56,002 nt of DNA from a virus (IMGVR_UViG_3300025128_000003:1-56002), one strand, 5' to 3'. Counted from the first letter of the stretch, positions 43,831 to 54,453 are shown. The notes: generated from the letters alone by a model not told the origin. A program made the numbers and translations.

Positions 43831-46293
43831 TTATCCTTGTTCATCAGAAGCTTTTTGAGCTTTACCTATTTTAGCTCTAGCTGCGTCTATTGTTGCTTGA
43901 GTAGTTCCAGCTTCTTTGCCCCGTCTACTGCCTGTCCTTGCTAAAGATAAAGCAAAAGCATTTGCAGTATTAACAGCAGATGTTGGATTAACACCTTCAT
44001 TTAATAAAGTTGTAAATCTATTATATACCTGTAACTTTTGAAAAGGTTCAATTGTTAAGTCGTTTATACTTTTTACTAATTTATCATATGCTTCATTACC
44101 ATCTAAACCATACCTATTTGCTATTCGTTCAGCTTGGGCTTTTGCTGATCTTAAATTATTTTCAGATTCAAGTTTACTTCTTTCCATATCAAGTTTAGTT
44201 TTAGCTAAATTAATATTAAGCTTATCTTTTAAGATATCACCCTCAATATCTTTAGCTGCTCTGCTTTCTTTTCTAAAGTCACTTTGTATATTTTTTAGTT
44301 CTGCAATAGAAGGTAGTGTAGCCTGATTTAGCTTTGCAAGAACCCCACCGGGTCCAGCTTTACCAGCAAACCTAGCTGATGTTGCAGCAAATTCTGCAAA
44401 TAATCTTGCTTCTCTAGCCTCTTCTGCTTCAGATAATCTTTCAGCACCCTCTCCTTTTTTCTTTTCTAAGAAAGATAGATAGTCACTAAATGCTGTATCA
44501 AGCTCATCATAACTATCTGATAAAGGAGTTCCCTCTTTATTTACAAGATTATTTAATTGTTTTGGGTCTAAAACAGATTTCTCAACTTCAGCAGATTTAA
44601 TAGCTGCATTTGCAGCTTTTTCTATATTAGCTTCTTTTTTAATTACTTCAGATGATTCTTGCGGACCAAAAGCTGCATCATCTGCTAGTACATCGCTACC
44701 TACAACATCTCTGTTATCAATCATTTTAGGTAATTGTCTTGTATCTGCTATGCCACCCGGTAAAGGTGCAGCAATTTGAGTTAATGCTTCTTCACCTAAA
44801 GATTTTTTTCTACTTACTTCTCCACCCGCCAAAGGTGTTGAACCAAAAGGTGCAAATATATCTTGTTCTTGTTGAGTAAGATAATCAACTGTTCTAGAAG
44901 TTGGTATTTGACCTGATCCTAAACCTTCATCTACTTCTGTTATTGATGGAGGATCAACAGCTATACTTAATGGAACTGTTGGTGTAGCTTGAGCAGCTAT
45001 TAACTCTTCAAGAGAACCAACAGGTTTAGCTCTTGCTGCTAATGAAGAATCTGAACCTCTAACAGTTCTAGGTGTACCAATAAGACTAGAAATTTTTTCT
45101 AAAAAATTAGCACCTACATTACGAATACTACTATCTCTTTGTTCAGCTTCTAATGGAGTTGGTCCCGATGGTGCTGATATACCTACTGGTCTACCATACA
45201 TTCTCACATTTGGAATATTATATTGTCTAGTATTATTTTGATGTCTTTCTAAACTAGCCAAGCCACCTCTAATTTGTCCACCAGATTGACGAGGTACTAC
45301 CTGACCACCTGCTTTATTCTTAAAGCCACCCAAGGCACCAAAGATACCAACGCCTGTACCAAGTGTACCAAGAAGCTGTTGACCAAAGCTAGGTTGTGGT
45401 GTTTGTTGAGTTGTAACCTGATACGTTGACGGGGAGAATGGATATGCATTTACAAGAGCATTATACTCTTGTAATTGACGTAGTGGAAACTCTCTTTGTT
45501 CTATAAAGTCTCTCTCAGCTAAATTTAGTGCAGCTTGTTCTTGGGCTTGTTGAGCTTCACCAACACTAGAAAGCAATGCAAGTTCTCTTGCAGCTTGTGC
45601 AGGAACAGCTTCACCAAGACTTGAAAATAATCCAGCACCCGTTAATTGTCTTTGCTTTTCAGCTTCAAAAGATCGTTGAGCTTGTTCAAAAGCTGTAGCT
45701 AAACCTTTACTTTCAATATCATCAAGCTGACGTTGCAAGTTTCTTTGTGCTTCAGCCTCAAGAATAGCTGCTCTTGACCCGCCAAATGATCCAGCACCTA
45801 CAGCCTCTGCTCTTAGTTTAGGTTCAATAACACTTTCAAACTGTCTAACAGTTTCTCTTTTAGCTTCATCAATAACTGGCCGATATACATCTTGTGTAAA
45901 TCTTTCAAAATCTTCACCAGTAAAACCTAATGATCCAAGCCCAGCTTTTTCTTTAGCCTGTTGAAAGAACTGGGGTGATCTACCTAAGTCAGTTGAAGCA
46001 AGTCCCTGTCTTCCTAACGCTGCAAGACCAGTAAAAGCTTCTTGCTGTTCAGGAGCAAAGTCAGCAATTCTTGGACCAGTAAACTGATCGAAAGCTCTAA
46101 GCTGTTGAACAGTATCACCTGTATCTGGGTCTGTTGCATCTTCAAAGAACTGCGCCCTACCCGCTTCTAATACATCTTGAATAAAAGGTTTAGTTATATT
46201 AAACCCTTCATTTGTTAATGCTCGGGCTGAAACAGCAGTAGGACCACCGCCAAACTGTCCTGACCCACCAAAAACATTTGCTAATACACCCAT
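43831..46293 (-). CDS. Internal virion (ejection) protein
   Basis: GAGSFGGSR.A..EAE motif, Q-rich helices, Gly-rich TM-like segment. Confidence 0.7.
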   Translation of the reverse strand: MGVLANVFGGSGQFGGGPTAVSARALTNEGFNITKPFIQDVLEAGRAQFFEDATDPDTGDTVQQLRAFDQFTGPRIADFAPEQQEAFTGLAALGRQGLASTDLGRSPQFFQQAKEKAGLGSLGFTGEDFERFTQDVYRPVIDEAKRETVRQFESVIEPKLRAEAVGAGSFGGSRAAILEAEAQRNLQRQLDDIESKGLATAFEQAQRSFEAEKQRQLTGAGLFSSLGEAVPAQAARELALLSSVGEAQQAQEQAALNLAERDFIEQREFPLRQLQEYNALVNAYPFSPSTYQVTTQQTPQPSFGQQLLGTLGTGVGIFGALGGFKNKAGGQVVPRQSGGQIRGGLASLERHQNNTRQYNIPNVRMYGRPVGISAPSGPTPLEAEQRDSSIRNVGANFLEKISSLIGTPRTVRGSDSSLAARAKPVGSLEELIAAQATPTVPLSIAVDPPSITEVDEGLGSGQIPTSRTVDYLTQQEQDIFAPFGSTPLAGGEVSRKKSLGEEALTQIAAPLPGGIADTRQLPKMIDNRDVVGSDVLADDAAFGPQESSEVIKKEANIEKAANAAIKSAEVEKSVLDPKQLNNLVNKEGTPLSDSYDELDTAFSDYLSFLEKKKGEGAERLSEAEEAREARLFAEFAATSARFAGKAGPGGVLAKLNQATLPSIAELKNIQSDFRKESRAAKDIEGDILKDKLNINLAKTKLDMERSKLESENNLRSAKAQAERIANRYGLDGNEAYDKLVKSINDLTIEPFQKLQVYNRFTTLLNEGVNPTSAVNTANAFALSLARTGSRRGKEAGTTQATIDAARAKIGKAQKASDEQG

Positions 46294-46306
46294 TCTATTT
46301 TCTCCA

Positions 46307-48022
46307 TTAACTCATTAATGATTGAAGAGCTTTACCACCATCCATCTCTGGAGGTTGCATATCTCTACCATATTTTTCTTTTCTAAATTCACTGATAAAT
46401 TCATCCATCTCATCTGCACCATCATCAGGATTACCATTCCCAATCATAGCCATAACATCAGCAGGTACAACATATTCTTTAGGAGACACTGCTAGAAGAC
46501 CACCACCTTTAATTTCCATTATCTGATTATCTTCCATGCCATGTCCATCACCAGCTACAATACCTTCAAAGTCTGGGCTACCACCAGCAGCTAAACCAAC
46601 AAGCCCTCCCTGTGCAGCAGGAACAAATTGAGTGGGACCAAAGAACTCAAAGCCTCCACCTTCAATAGCCCTACGTCTAGCTTCTGCTGCTGTAAGACCA
46701 GCACCAGTACCACCAAATTCGCCAACTCTTCTACGAGCAGAGACCCTTCTACGAGCTATAGGTGCAGGAATACCCTGACTAATAAGTTGTTGTGCAGCTT
46801 CTTCCTCTGCCATGCGTTGAGCTTCAATAGCATCTACAAGGCTAGTAGCTTCAACAGAGGCTAACCCTCTACCTAAATCTCCAAATATAGCACCAGTATC
46901 TAATTCTCCATAAAGGTCTCTATATCCGTCTGGAATTGCTTTAAAACCTGCTTGTAAACCATCTTTACTAGCTGCTGCTTTAGCAGGAGCAAATCTATCA
47001 ATATATGCTGCTTCTCCTGTACCTGCATAAGCTTCCTCTGGAACAAAAAAATCAGCAGTTAGTTGTCTTTCTGCAGCTAATCTTGGAATTTGTTCAGCAT
47101 TTAGTCCAGCCATACCCAGCCTGCTTTCTATTGGACCTAAATTTTTAGTATCTTTAAACTGTTCTTGTGCTTTATTATATACTTCTAAAGAAGTAAGAGG
47201 TCTACTTGTTTTTGTTAGTATCCTGCTAGGTAAATTAAAAACATTACTTGGACTTGAAATAGCTGCTAATTCAGCAGTTGTTCGGTTATTAAGTGCATCA
47301 GGTATACCCGGTAAAGAACCAGTTTTTTCTCCTAAAATATCTTTATACAACGGATCATCAAGAGGTATAAGTTCGTCATAATCAGTAATATCAATATCTG
47401 GAACTCTGTAACCTTCAGAATCAATCAAGTTAGTGGCGGCTTTATCACCTCCAAAAAGATATGGTCTCTTAGCTCTAGCTTTTGATAATTCTCTAGCTCT
47501 AAGATATTGTCTTTCCCTTGACTCTTTTATATAGTCATCACTATCTTTAATTCCTAAACGCTGATCATTTGGTCCTAAAAATTCAGCTAATTTACCAGTA
47601 CCGTATTGCAAACCACCAGACACAATACCAGAAGATAATGAATCACTTAAACTTCTAAATGGTAAAGAGCCTAATGCTGTACCTGCACCAGATAAAATAG
47701 ACTTAGTAGCTAGAGGACTAAGACCTAACTGTGAGAAAGCAGGACCAGCAATAGCAGGTAAAGCAATAGAAGCTATAGCAGGAATAATATTTTCTGGTTT
47801 AAAGTAATTTTTAACAGCAGATTTAACAGTATCAAATACATCACCTAAGAAATACTCAGGCAATCCAGTATCAGGATTAATAGACATTAGACCAGATTCT
47901 TGAAGTCTTCTAACTTCTGGTCTTGTCATGTGTACAAGTTCTGTATCTCCTCCTCTACCTTGTAGAGCAAGAAGAGAAGCTACACCACTCTGTGGTGCTT
48001 GTCTATTAATAAATACTGCCAT
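46307..48022 (-). CDS. Internal virion protein
   Basis: GRGGDT.LVH, INPDTGLPEY, G.G.GM.D.....S..EYVVPADV motifs. Confidence 0.7.
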   Translation of the reverse strand: MAVFINRQAPQSGVASLLALQGRGGDTELVHMTRPEVRRLQESGLMSINPDTGLPEYFLGDVFDTVKSAVKNYFKPENIIPAIASIALPAIAGPAFSQLGLSPLATKSILSGAGTALGSLPFRSLSDSLSSGIVSGGLQYGTGKLAEFLGPNDQRLGIKDSDDYIKESRERQYLRARELSKARAKRPYLFGGDKAATNLIDSEGYRVPDIDITDYDELIPLDDPLYKDILGEKTGSLPGIPDALNNRTTAELAAISSPSNVFNLPSRILTKTSRPLTSLEVYNKAQEQFKDTKNLGPIESRLGMAGLNAEQIPRLAAERQLTADFFVPEEAYAGTGEAAYIDRFAPAKAAASKDGLQAGFKAIPDGYRDLYGELDTGAIFGDLGRGLASVEATSLVDAIEAQRMAEEEAAQQLISQGIPAPIARRRVSARRRVGEFGGTGAGLTAAEARRRAIEGGGFEFFGPTQFVPAAQGGLVGLAAGGSPDFEGIVAGDGHGMEDNQIMEIKGGGLLAVSPKEYVVPADVMAMIGNGNPDDGADEMDEFISEFRKEKYGRDMQPPEMDGGKALQSLMS

Positions 48023-49319
48023 AGTTCCTTACCTGCTGTGGTTGTGCATAAAATGATGCTGGTTGCATAGCATTAGTATAATAGTTTGTTGATCTTAACC
48101 CATCGGGTTGTTGTTGACCTTTTATAAACTGTTCAGGTCTTTGAGATGGGATTGTTTCTTCTGGTATTGACATACCTTTATTTACTACATCAATAAGAGT
48201 AGGTTGTTTATCAATTAAATCTTGTATACCCCCACCTGTTTGTGCAATAGTTCTACCGGGAGTAAAAACAAATGGTCTTCTTCTTATTCTTCTTAAATCA
48301 CTTGTATTATTATTAGATGGTAAAACCTCTTGTTGAGGTCTAACTTCTAATGGGTTTCGTAAAACACTAGCAATACCTCTAGGTCTTTTTGGGTCTGGCT
48401 CGGCATCAGTATTAAAATTAAAGTCATCAACCGGATCAGAAGCAGGAACTGTAGGGGTTGTATCTACTGTCTGTGGAGATGATGCTGAAATAGGAGATTG
48501 AGCAGGTGCTGGACCTATATCAACACCCATTGTACTTAAAGACTTATTAGCTACAGATCGAACTTCACTTATAAAATCTTGTGTATTTAATCCTAAATTA
48601 TTTGCAATATCAGCTAATCCTCCTTTGAGAGAATCTATACCTAAATCTATTGCCTGTGCAGTAGGTGTGAAAGCTGTTGCAACATCTGTTAAACCAATAT
48701 TTCCTGCTAAAGATGCTACTTCACTTAGAGGATTTTGTGTATTTAATCCTAAATCATTTGCAATACCTGTAACGTCTGCAATAGTTCTACCTGCAAATCC
48801 AGCAAAAGGATTTACAACATCAATTATATCTGCTATAAATTCTCCCGGTTTAAATCCCCTAAAACCAAACTGATCAAATTCAAATCCTAAAAATTCAAAT
48901 GGGTCCATTATTTCACCTATAGTGGTATCGAAACCACCAAAAGGGTCTTGTCCATATTGACCAATTTCACCCGGATCAAGTCCTGATAGATCATCACCAA
49001 AAGGATCATCTGTAGTTGGTCCTAAACCACCCTCTACTCCACTCTGAGCATCTGTAGCTGGATCAGATATCCCAGTATCATCTGATTGACTTGTGCTATT
49101 TGGAACCTCACCTAAAGGACCACTTGGTCCAGAAGGACTATAAACAGAAGGAGGAACAGATGGATCATCATCTGAACTATCACCACCTCCACTATCACCA
49201 CCTTCACCAAAACAAATAAACTTTTGCAAAGGTTTTTCTATCTCATTCCAAGGTTTATCTAATCCTAAAATAGTAGATAAACTATCAGACCATATTCTAT
49301 TTTGTTTTAATTCAATCAT
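48006..49319 (-). CDS. Putative internal virion protein (acidic, G/D/S/P-rich)
   Basis: Likely start MIELKQN at 49319 (ATGA overlap with the desaturase stop); CFGEGGDSGGG motif; internal duplicate IANxLGLNTQ...SEV. Confidence 0.6.
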   Translation of the reverse strand: MIELKQNRIWSDSLSTILGLDKPWNEIEKPLQKFICFGEGGDSGGGDSSDDDPSVPPSVYSPSGPSGPLGEVPNSTSQSDDTGISDPATDAQSGVEGGLGPTTDDPFGDDLSGLDPGEIGQYGQDPFGGFDTTIGEIMDPFEFLGFEFDQFGFRGFKPGEFIADIIDVVNPFAGFAGRTIADVTGIANDLGLNTQNPLSEVASLAGNIGLTDVATAFTPTAQAIDLGIDSLKGGLADIANNLGLNTQDFISEVRSVANKSLSTMGVDIGPAPAQSPISASSPQTVDTTPTVPASDPVDDFNFNTDAEPDPKRPRGIASVLRNPLEVRPQQEVLPSNNNTSDLRRIRRRPFVFTPGRTIAQTGGGIQDLIDKQPTLIDVVNKGMSIPEETIPSQRPEQFIKGQQQPDGLRSTNYYTNAMQPASFYAQPQQVRNYGSIY

Positions 49320-50071
49320 TGTTTTACCCAACTAATAAAATTACCCGCTAAATCTAGTTCCCACCATTTAACTTTATTAGTATACTTATGAGGATAACAG
49401 TGATGGTTATTATGCCATCCCTCTCCAAAATTTAAATAAGCCAACCACCAAATATTATTAGATACATTATTACCTATAAAATTTGCATAGCCTAAACTTT
49501 TATGACAGAAGTAATTTGTAAAAGCTTGAAGTATCATAGTTATCATTGAAGGTATAATAAACATAAAATATAAAGCTTGAATACTTATAAAACTTAATCC
49601 TGCAATATAAGTTAAGATACAAAGTAACCAATATTTATGAGTAAATTTCATAAATTTATTTTTACCAATATCTGTACATTTTCTTAAAAGATCATTAGAA
49701 GATATTTTATATCTTAAAAATAACATATCAAATAAATTTAAATATTTTGGTGAGTGAGGATCATTAATACCATCTGCTTTATCATGATGATTTCTATGAA
49801 TACCAACCCAGCCAATAGTGCTACCTGTCCCAGAAATAACACTAAATATTCCACATAAATATTTTATCCAAGAATATTTAAACTCAAAAGATTTATGAGT
49901 CCAATACCTATGATTACCTACAATAATACCAAGACCATTCATGCAGGAATACATCAAGATAGCTGCTAAAACCCATAGCCAACTAAAATTAATAAATGGA
50001 ATAAAAGCTATAGAAGTTAATATATTTATAGCTAATAATATTCTTATTGATGTAAATCTGCTTGTTAGCAT
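49316..50071 (-). CDS. Membrane fatty-acid desaturase (delta-9/DesC-like)
   Basis: Three His boxes HRYWTH, HRNHH, GEGWHNNHH; DPHSP; WWELD; TM segments. Confidence 0.92.
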   Translation of the reverse strand: MLTSRFTSIRILLAINILTSIAFIPFINFSWLWVLAAILMYSCMNGLGIIVGNHRYWTHKSFEFKYSWIKYLCGIFSVISGTGSTIGWVGIHRNHHDKADGINDPHSPKYLNLFDMLFLRYKISSNDLLRKCTDIGKNKFMKFTHKYWLLCILTYIAGLSFISIQALYFMFIIPSMITMILQAFTNYFCHKSLGYANFIGNNVSNNIWWLAYLNFGEGWHNNHHCYPHKYTNKVKWWELDLAGNFISWVKQ

Positions 50072-50463
50072 TTTGAAGGATTCTCCACTACATATCTGTG
50101 ATTATTTTTTCTAAAAGTTCTCATATACTTTCTATTAACATGACCAAATTGTTTTAAATTTTCTTTTTTAATTTTTCTAATAGCTTCTGGACCTCCTAAA
50201 CAAACAAAATGCATATACCAAAATATATCTCCACATCTCCATTCATTTGGCTGTAATCTTCTATTTGATTCTACAAAAGCTTTTTCAACTTCTTTATTAA
50301 TAAATGCATATGTTAAAAATCCTGAATCAAAAATTTTATATTGTCCTAGTTTAACTGGAGGAATAATAAATCTTTCTAAGTGCTGCAGTGTATAATGTTT
50401 ATGATTTTCAGATTGTAATAAGTATTGACATATAGTTACAAAATCTTTATTCTTATCTTTCAT
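50065..50463 (-). CDS. RTX-toxin-activating lysine acyltransferase-like protein (HlyC family)
   Basis: S..H (SENH), IPP...GQY, TYAF, L...EW.CGD..W pattern matching HlyC/CyaC. Confidence 0.75.
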   Translation of the reverse strand: MKDKNKDFVTICQYLLQSENHKHYTLQHLERFIIPPVKLGQYKIFDSGFLTYAFINKEVEKAFVESNRRLQPNEWRCGDIFWYMHFVCLGGPEAIRKIKKENLKQFGHVNRKYMRTFRKNNHRYVVENPSKC

Positions 50464-50747
50464 TAATTTAAATCATGCCAAGAAGTTTCTGAGCCTAAAC
50501 TAACGTAGCCAACAAACTTCCCCCGAGGTGCTACATAAACAATATTACCTGCTTGTGGCCTTCCTATTTCTGTTACAGTAACTACTGTAAGAATATTTGT
50601 AGAAGGTTTAGTTTCTTCTTGTATGTCCCTTGTTTGTAAGTCTGATATTAATTTTGCTCCCCATTCTGACATAGTATCATAGAGATTGTCAACCTCTGAA
50701 TCTACAAAGCGAACGAACTTAGGTAACTCTGGATATCGTACTGGCAT
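50463..50747 (-). CDS. Small tail-associated protein
   Basis: Coupled after the tail gene; G.I.Y......F.GY......W..L. Confidence 0.6.
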   Translation of the reverse strand: MPVRYPELPKFVRFVDSEVDNLYDTMSEWGAKLISDLQTRDIQEETKPSTNILTVVTVTEIGRPQAGNIVYVAPRGKFVGYVSLGSETSWHDLN

Positions 50748-52603
50748 TACCTAAGTCCGTCCTCTTGTAAAGAAAGTCTTAAAGAGCCATATCTCCATTC
50801 GGTCCCGCCAGTACCATCACAAGAAACTCGAACGATAGCTTGCCTTCCTCTTGCCCTTAAATCAACCTTCTTTGTCTCTGATGTTATTGTAAATGGTCCT
50901 TTTGTAATTGCATCATTTACAGGAAAGTTTTGTGCGATAATACTAAATTGAAGATTACCATTGTTTAATGTAAAGTCAGGAATAAGTCTATCCATAAACA
51001 TTATTTCATTTCCATCTTCAATATCAAATGCTGCTGATTCAATAAATGAATTTTGAGCTTCTCCATTAGCTGTAAAGATACCTTCTGGTTCATTATCAAT
51101 AAGAAAAGATGAAACATCTGTAGTTATAGTATTTCCAAAAACATCTTTATCTTCAAAGGTAGTATATGTAGTTGTACCAAAAGACCATGTTTTTTCTAGT
51201 GGGTTATATAAAACATATTTATCTGGTTCATTAGAACTAGCAGAACAATATAACCATATAATTTCTTTAAACTCAGAGTTAATACCTGCAAAGACTTTAT
51301 CTTCTGCATTACGATTAAAATCATCAAATATAAATCTACGAACTGTACAATCTAAATTTCTAACTTGACCATCAAATGCATAGAAGTTATCCTTGCCCAT
51401 CCAAATTGAAACACCATCAAAGTCAACAGCAGCATGTGGTCCTATTAAACCACAGTTGGTTCCACCCGGTTGAAACCTAAAAGTAAAGGGTGGACCAGTA
51501 AATGTCATTAACCATATAGCATTATCAGTCCAAATATTAACTGCATTTCTTGATCTAACTGCCCCTACAACTTCTGTACCATCAGTAAGAATATTTTCAC
51601 CTGCCGTACTATCTTGATCAGTAGGTGTCCAGTTATCATAGTTATTTTGATCTGACCATCTAACTAACATAGGATTAAAATTACCAGTTCCAAATTCTGT
51701 AGAACCAAAAGAAATAAGGTGTCTATCATTAGGTGATATTAAAATAGAATTATTAACAGAAGGTGAAGCACTAATAAATGTGGCTCTATCAGGATTAGAC
51801 TCAATTGTAGTATCCCACTTATATATTCGTCCACCCCTTCGACAAGCTATAAGGTCTTCCCCAAATGTATCTAAACTCCACTGTGTATTTCTAGTAATAA
51901 TATTAGATGCTGATGATGGTTGATTCCATGCTCTAACACCTGTTGTAGAAGTTCCAGCATTATAAATACCTGCACCATAACCTAAGTTAGTAATAGCGGT
52001 TATAGTGCCTGTAGGTAAAAGATATTTTAATGTGGCAGTTCCTACATCATTTTGAGTAGATTGGGCAGCAGTAGTAGTTTCAAAATGAAACCTATGTGCA
52101 TTAATAACAGACACAGCAAATGTTTTACCGCTTAAATCTTGATTACCTCCAATAGATGTTGAAGATGTAAAGGTTACAAAATCTCCTGTTTCAGCACCAT
52201 GAGATGATACAGAAACAATAATAGTAGTTTGCGATGCAACAGTGTAGAAACCTCTATTCGTACCAGCAATTGTAACAACTGCGGAAACATTAGTTCCTAC
52301 ACTAACTTCTTTAACTGGTGTAATATCTATATTATTACTATTATTATATGCAAATAATTTTTTTTCAGTACCAAAAGCAGCAAATTTAAAAGAATCATTA
52401 TCAGCCCATGCTATTAAATCTCGTCCAATTCCATCAAAAGCAGTATCAACTCTTTTAACGTAACCTCTTAGATTTTCAGGGCGACCTTGCCTAAACCGTA
52501 CTTTATCAACATTATACCAAGAACCCTCTTCTGCATATTCAGTAGATTCTCGGTTTATGCCCGGTTTAAAATTTAATTTTACAAGTCTTGAATTAGTTGA
52601 CAT
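50747..52603 (-). CDS. Tail tubular/nozzle protein (P22 gp10 / T7 gp12-like)
   Basis: F.PGI.RE.T.Y, VRFR.G.PE, WSLD.FGEDL, RWSDQ, N..F.EI.W.Y, R.RGRQ, DG.R end. Confidence 0.8.
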   Translation of the reverse strand: MSTNSRLVKLNFKPGINRESTEYAEEGSWYNVDKVRFRQGRPENLRGYVKRVDTAFDGIGRDLIAWADNDSFKFAAFGTEKKLFAYNNSNNIDITPVKEVSVGTNVSAVVTIAGTNRGFYTVASQTTIIVSVSSHGAETGDFVTFTSSTSIGGNQDLSGKTFAVSVINAHRFHFETTTAAQSTQNDVGTATLKYLLPTGTITAITNLGYGAGIYNAGTSTTGVRAWNQPSSASNIITRNTQWSLDTFGEDLIACRRGGRIYKWDTTIESNPDRATFISASPSVNNSILISPNDRHLISFGSTEFGTGNFNPMLVRWSDQNNYDNWTPTDQDSTAGENILTDGTEVVGAVRSRNAVNIWTDNAIWLMTFTGPPFTFRFQPGGTNCGLIGPHAAVDFDGVSIWMGKDNFYAFDGQVRNLDCTVRRFIFDDFNRNAEDKVFAGINSEFKEIIWLYCSASSNEPDKYVLYNPLEKTWSFGTTTYTTFEDKDVFGNTITTDVSSFLIDNEPEGIFTANGEAQNSFIESAAFDIEDGNEIMFMDRLIPDFTLNNGNLQFSIIAQNFPVNDAITKGPFTITSETKKVDLRARGRQAIVRVSCDGTGGTEWRYGSLRLSLQEDGLR

Positions 52604-52609
52604 ATGTTT

Positions 52610-53515
52610 TTATCCTAATGAAGAAACAAAAACAGTATCAATTGCTGATACGCCTCTAGCATTATATACAAGTAAATCTACAGAATTTACAGATGTAGAC
52701 ATAGTAGGTGCTGTGCCTCCTTGAAAATTATAAGCATTACCAAAGGCTAATGTTCTACTGCCAGTACCATCTTGTATAACGTATATATGCCCTGTTTGTC
52801 CAGCAACAGCATTTGATGGATTTTCTAAAGTTCTATTACCACCAAGACTAACAACAAAGTTAGTACCTGTAGCAAAGTCAACAGCAATAGAAGCGGCATC
52901 AGTAAGAGTTACAGGTGTACCTGCTACTTGTTTAATAAATGTAGCTTTATTAATAGTAGCAACGGAAACAGAAGCTGCAACAACTTGTGGTAAATGAGCC
53001 TGTGTAATAGAAACAGATGTTGCAAAGCCAACTGCAGATGTAAATGTATTTGTATTTGTAAAAGTATTAGATGAAGAAATTTCGGCAACACCGGATAAGT
53101 TTAATCTATCACTCATAGAATAAACAGATACCGCATCAGAGAAAAAGATGCCAGCAGCAGATGTATTTACTGTTACACCTGAACCACTAGCAGTCTTTAT
53201 TGTAATAGACGAACTACTTTGACGAACAGTTTGATCATTAACAATATAAAATTTTGACTTAGTGGGTACAATAATATTAATATTTGAAGAAACAGTCCCT
53301 ACAAATTCAAGCATAGCCGATCTAGCTTGATCAGCAGCACCATTGGATTCGGTTAAAGTAATATCCGCTGAACTACAAGAAATTAAAGTATACCCTGCAA
53401 TAGCAGAATCAACAAGATCAATAACCTCATTGTTAAGAATCAATCCCCAATTATTAGGATTATCCCCATCTCCTTGCTTTGTAAGGCGTATATTAGTTGT
53501 ATATGTACTTGCCAT
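52610..53515 (-). CDS. Tail fibre/spike protein
   Basis: MASTYT...L.....G.N...WG...N N-terminus; C-terminal QDGTGSRTL domain. Confidence 0.75.
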   Translation of the reverse strand: MASTYTTNIRLTKQGDGDNPNNWGLILNNEVIDLVDSAIAGYTLISCSSADITLTESNGAADQARSAMLEFVGTVSSNINIIVPTKSKFYIVNDQTVRQSSSSITIKTASGSGVTVNTSAAGIFFSDAVSVYSMSDRLNLSGVAEISSSNTFTNTNTFTSAVGFATSVSITQAHLPQVVAASVSVATINKATFIKQVAGTPVTLTDAASIAVDFATGTNFVVSLGGNRTLENPSNAVAGQTGHIYVIQDGTGSRTLAFGNAYNFQGGTAPTMSTSVNSVDLLVYNARGVSAIDTVFVSSLG

Positions 53516-53517
53516 TA

Positions 53518-53892
53518 TTAAATTCCTTTATCTGGTATTCCAGCCGCTACTATGTAACCTACTAATAAACTATTTCTAGGTGATCTTACTTTCATTATTA
53601 AAGCTTCTGTACTTTTGTAATCTTTATAGCTTGCTATAATTTCATCTACTTTAAATATTACAGGTGGGTTAATAGATATACAATCATTTGTAAGTTGTTT
53701 CTCTGCAATTTCATTTAAAAAATATTCTCTACCTTTAGAGTCAGCAAGAGAAATCTCCATTATGTCTTTTTCTTTTTTACATATAAAAAATGCTGCTACC
53801 GTATCACCCTTCTTCCAATTTTCTTGTGCAGTAGAACAACTGGGCAGTATTGTAAAACAAGCAGCAAGAGTTAAAATAGTTAATAGTTTCAT
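53518..53892 (-). CDS. Secreted/lipoprotein-like hypothetical protein
   Basis: Signal peptide with LPSC lipobox-like motif. Confidence 0.55.
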   Translation of the reverse strand: MKLLTILTLAACFTILPSCSTAQENWKKGDTVAAFFICKKEKDIMEISLADSKGREYFLNEIAEKQLTNDCISINPPVIFKVDEIIASYKDYKSTEALIMKVRSPRNSLLVGYIVAAGIPDKGI

Positions 53893-53895
53893 TTG

Positions 53896-54453
53896 TTATA
53901 CATCAGGATGTCTAGGGTTTTGAGGCCAATCATTAAACTCTGCAGCTTTTTTACCAGCGTCTGCCATTTCTACTGTAAACACTGTCATAGCTTCAAGACT
54001 TGCAACATTTGACTTACCATCAATAGCAGCTTCTAGTGCAACAGCCTTTGCTCTTAGGTCTGTACGCCACTTTGAAAAGTCTGCTGGCTTGGCAGTTCCA
54101 TTGTCTTGCTCTCTGATAACAATCCAATCAGTTTGCTCAAGATAATTTGAAAGAGTAGAAGCTACATGAGATTTCATCGTCTCTTTAATTTTAGCTATAT
54201 CTCTTTCTTTTTTTGTTCTAGTTACAACAACCTTATCTTCTTGAACATCGGGAGCAGATTCAGATGTAGAATAAAACATATTGTCTACTAAGCTACCTTC
54301 ATATACATAAGGAACTATACCAATAGCTTTTCTTTCTGCATCTGTCCAAGCAGTTGTAAAAATAGATACCGGATATTGTACACTATTAATCGTTAAAGAT
54401 TTAGGTGTAGAAAAAGTTTGTACTATTTTACCATCTTCAATTCTTGCCCACAT
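53896..54453 (-). CDS. Tail fibre assembly/chaperone-like protein
   Basis: YP..IF..W...ER.AIGI, L..TDW..IR, R..LR, WP motifs. Confidence 0.7.
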   Translation of the reverse strand: MWARIEDGKIVQTFSTPKSLTINSVQYPVSIFTTAWTDAERKAIGIVPYVYEGSLVDNMFYSTSESAPDVQEDKVVVTRTKKERDIAKIKETMKSHVASTLSNYLEQTDWIVIREQDNGTAKPADFSKWRTDLRAKAVALEAAIDGKSNVASLEAMTVFTVEMADAGKKAAEFNDWPQNPRHPDV

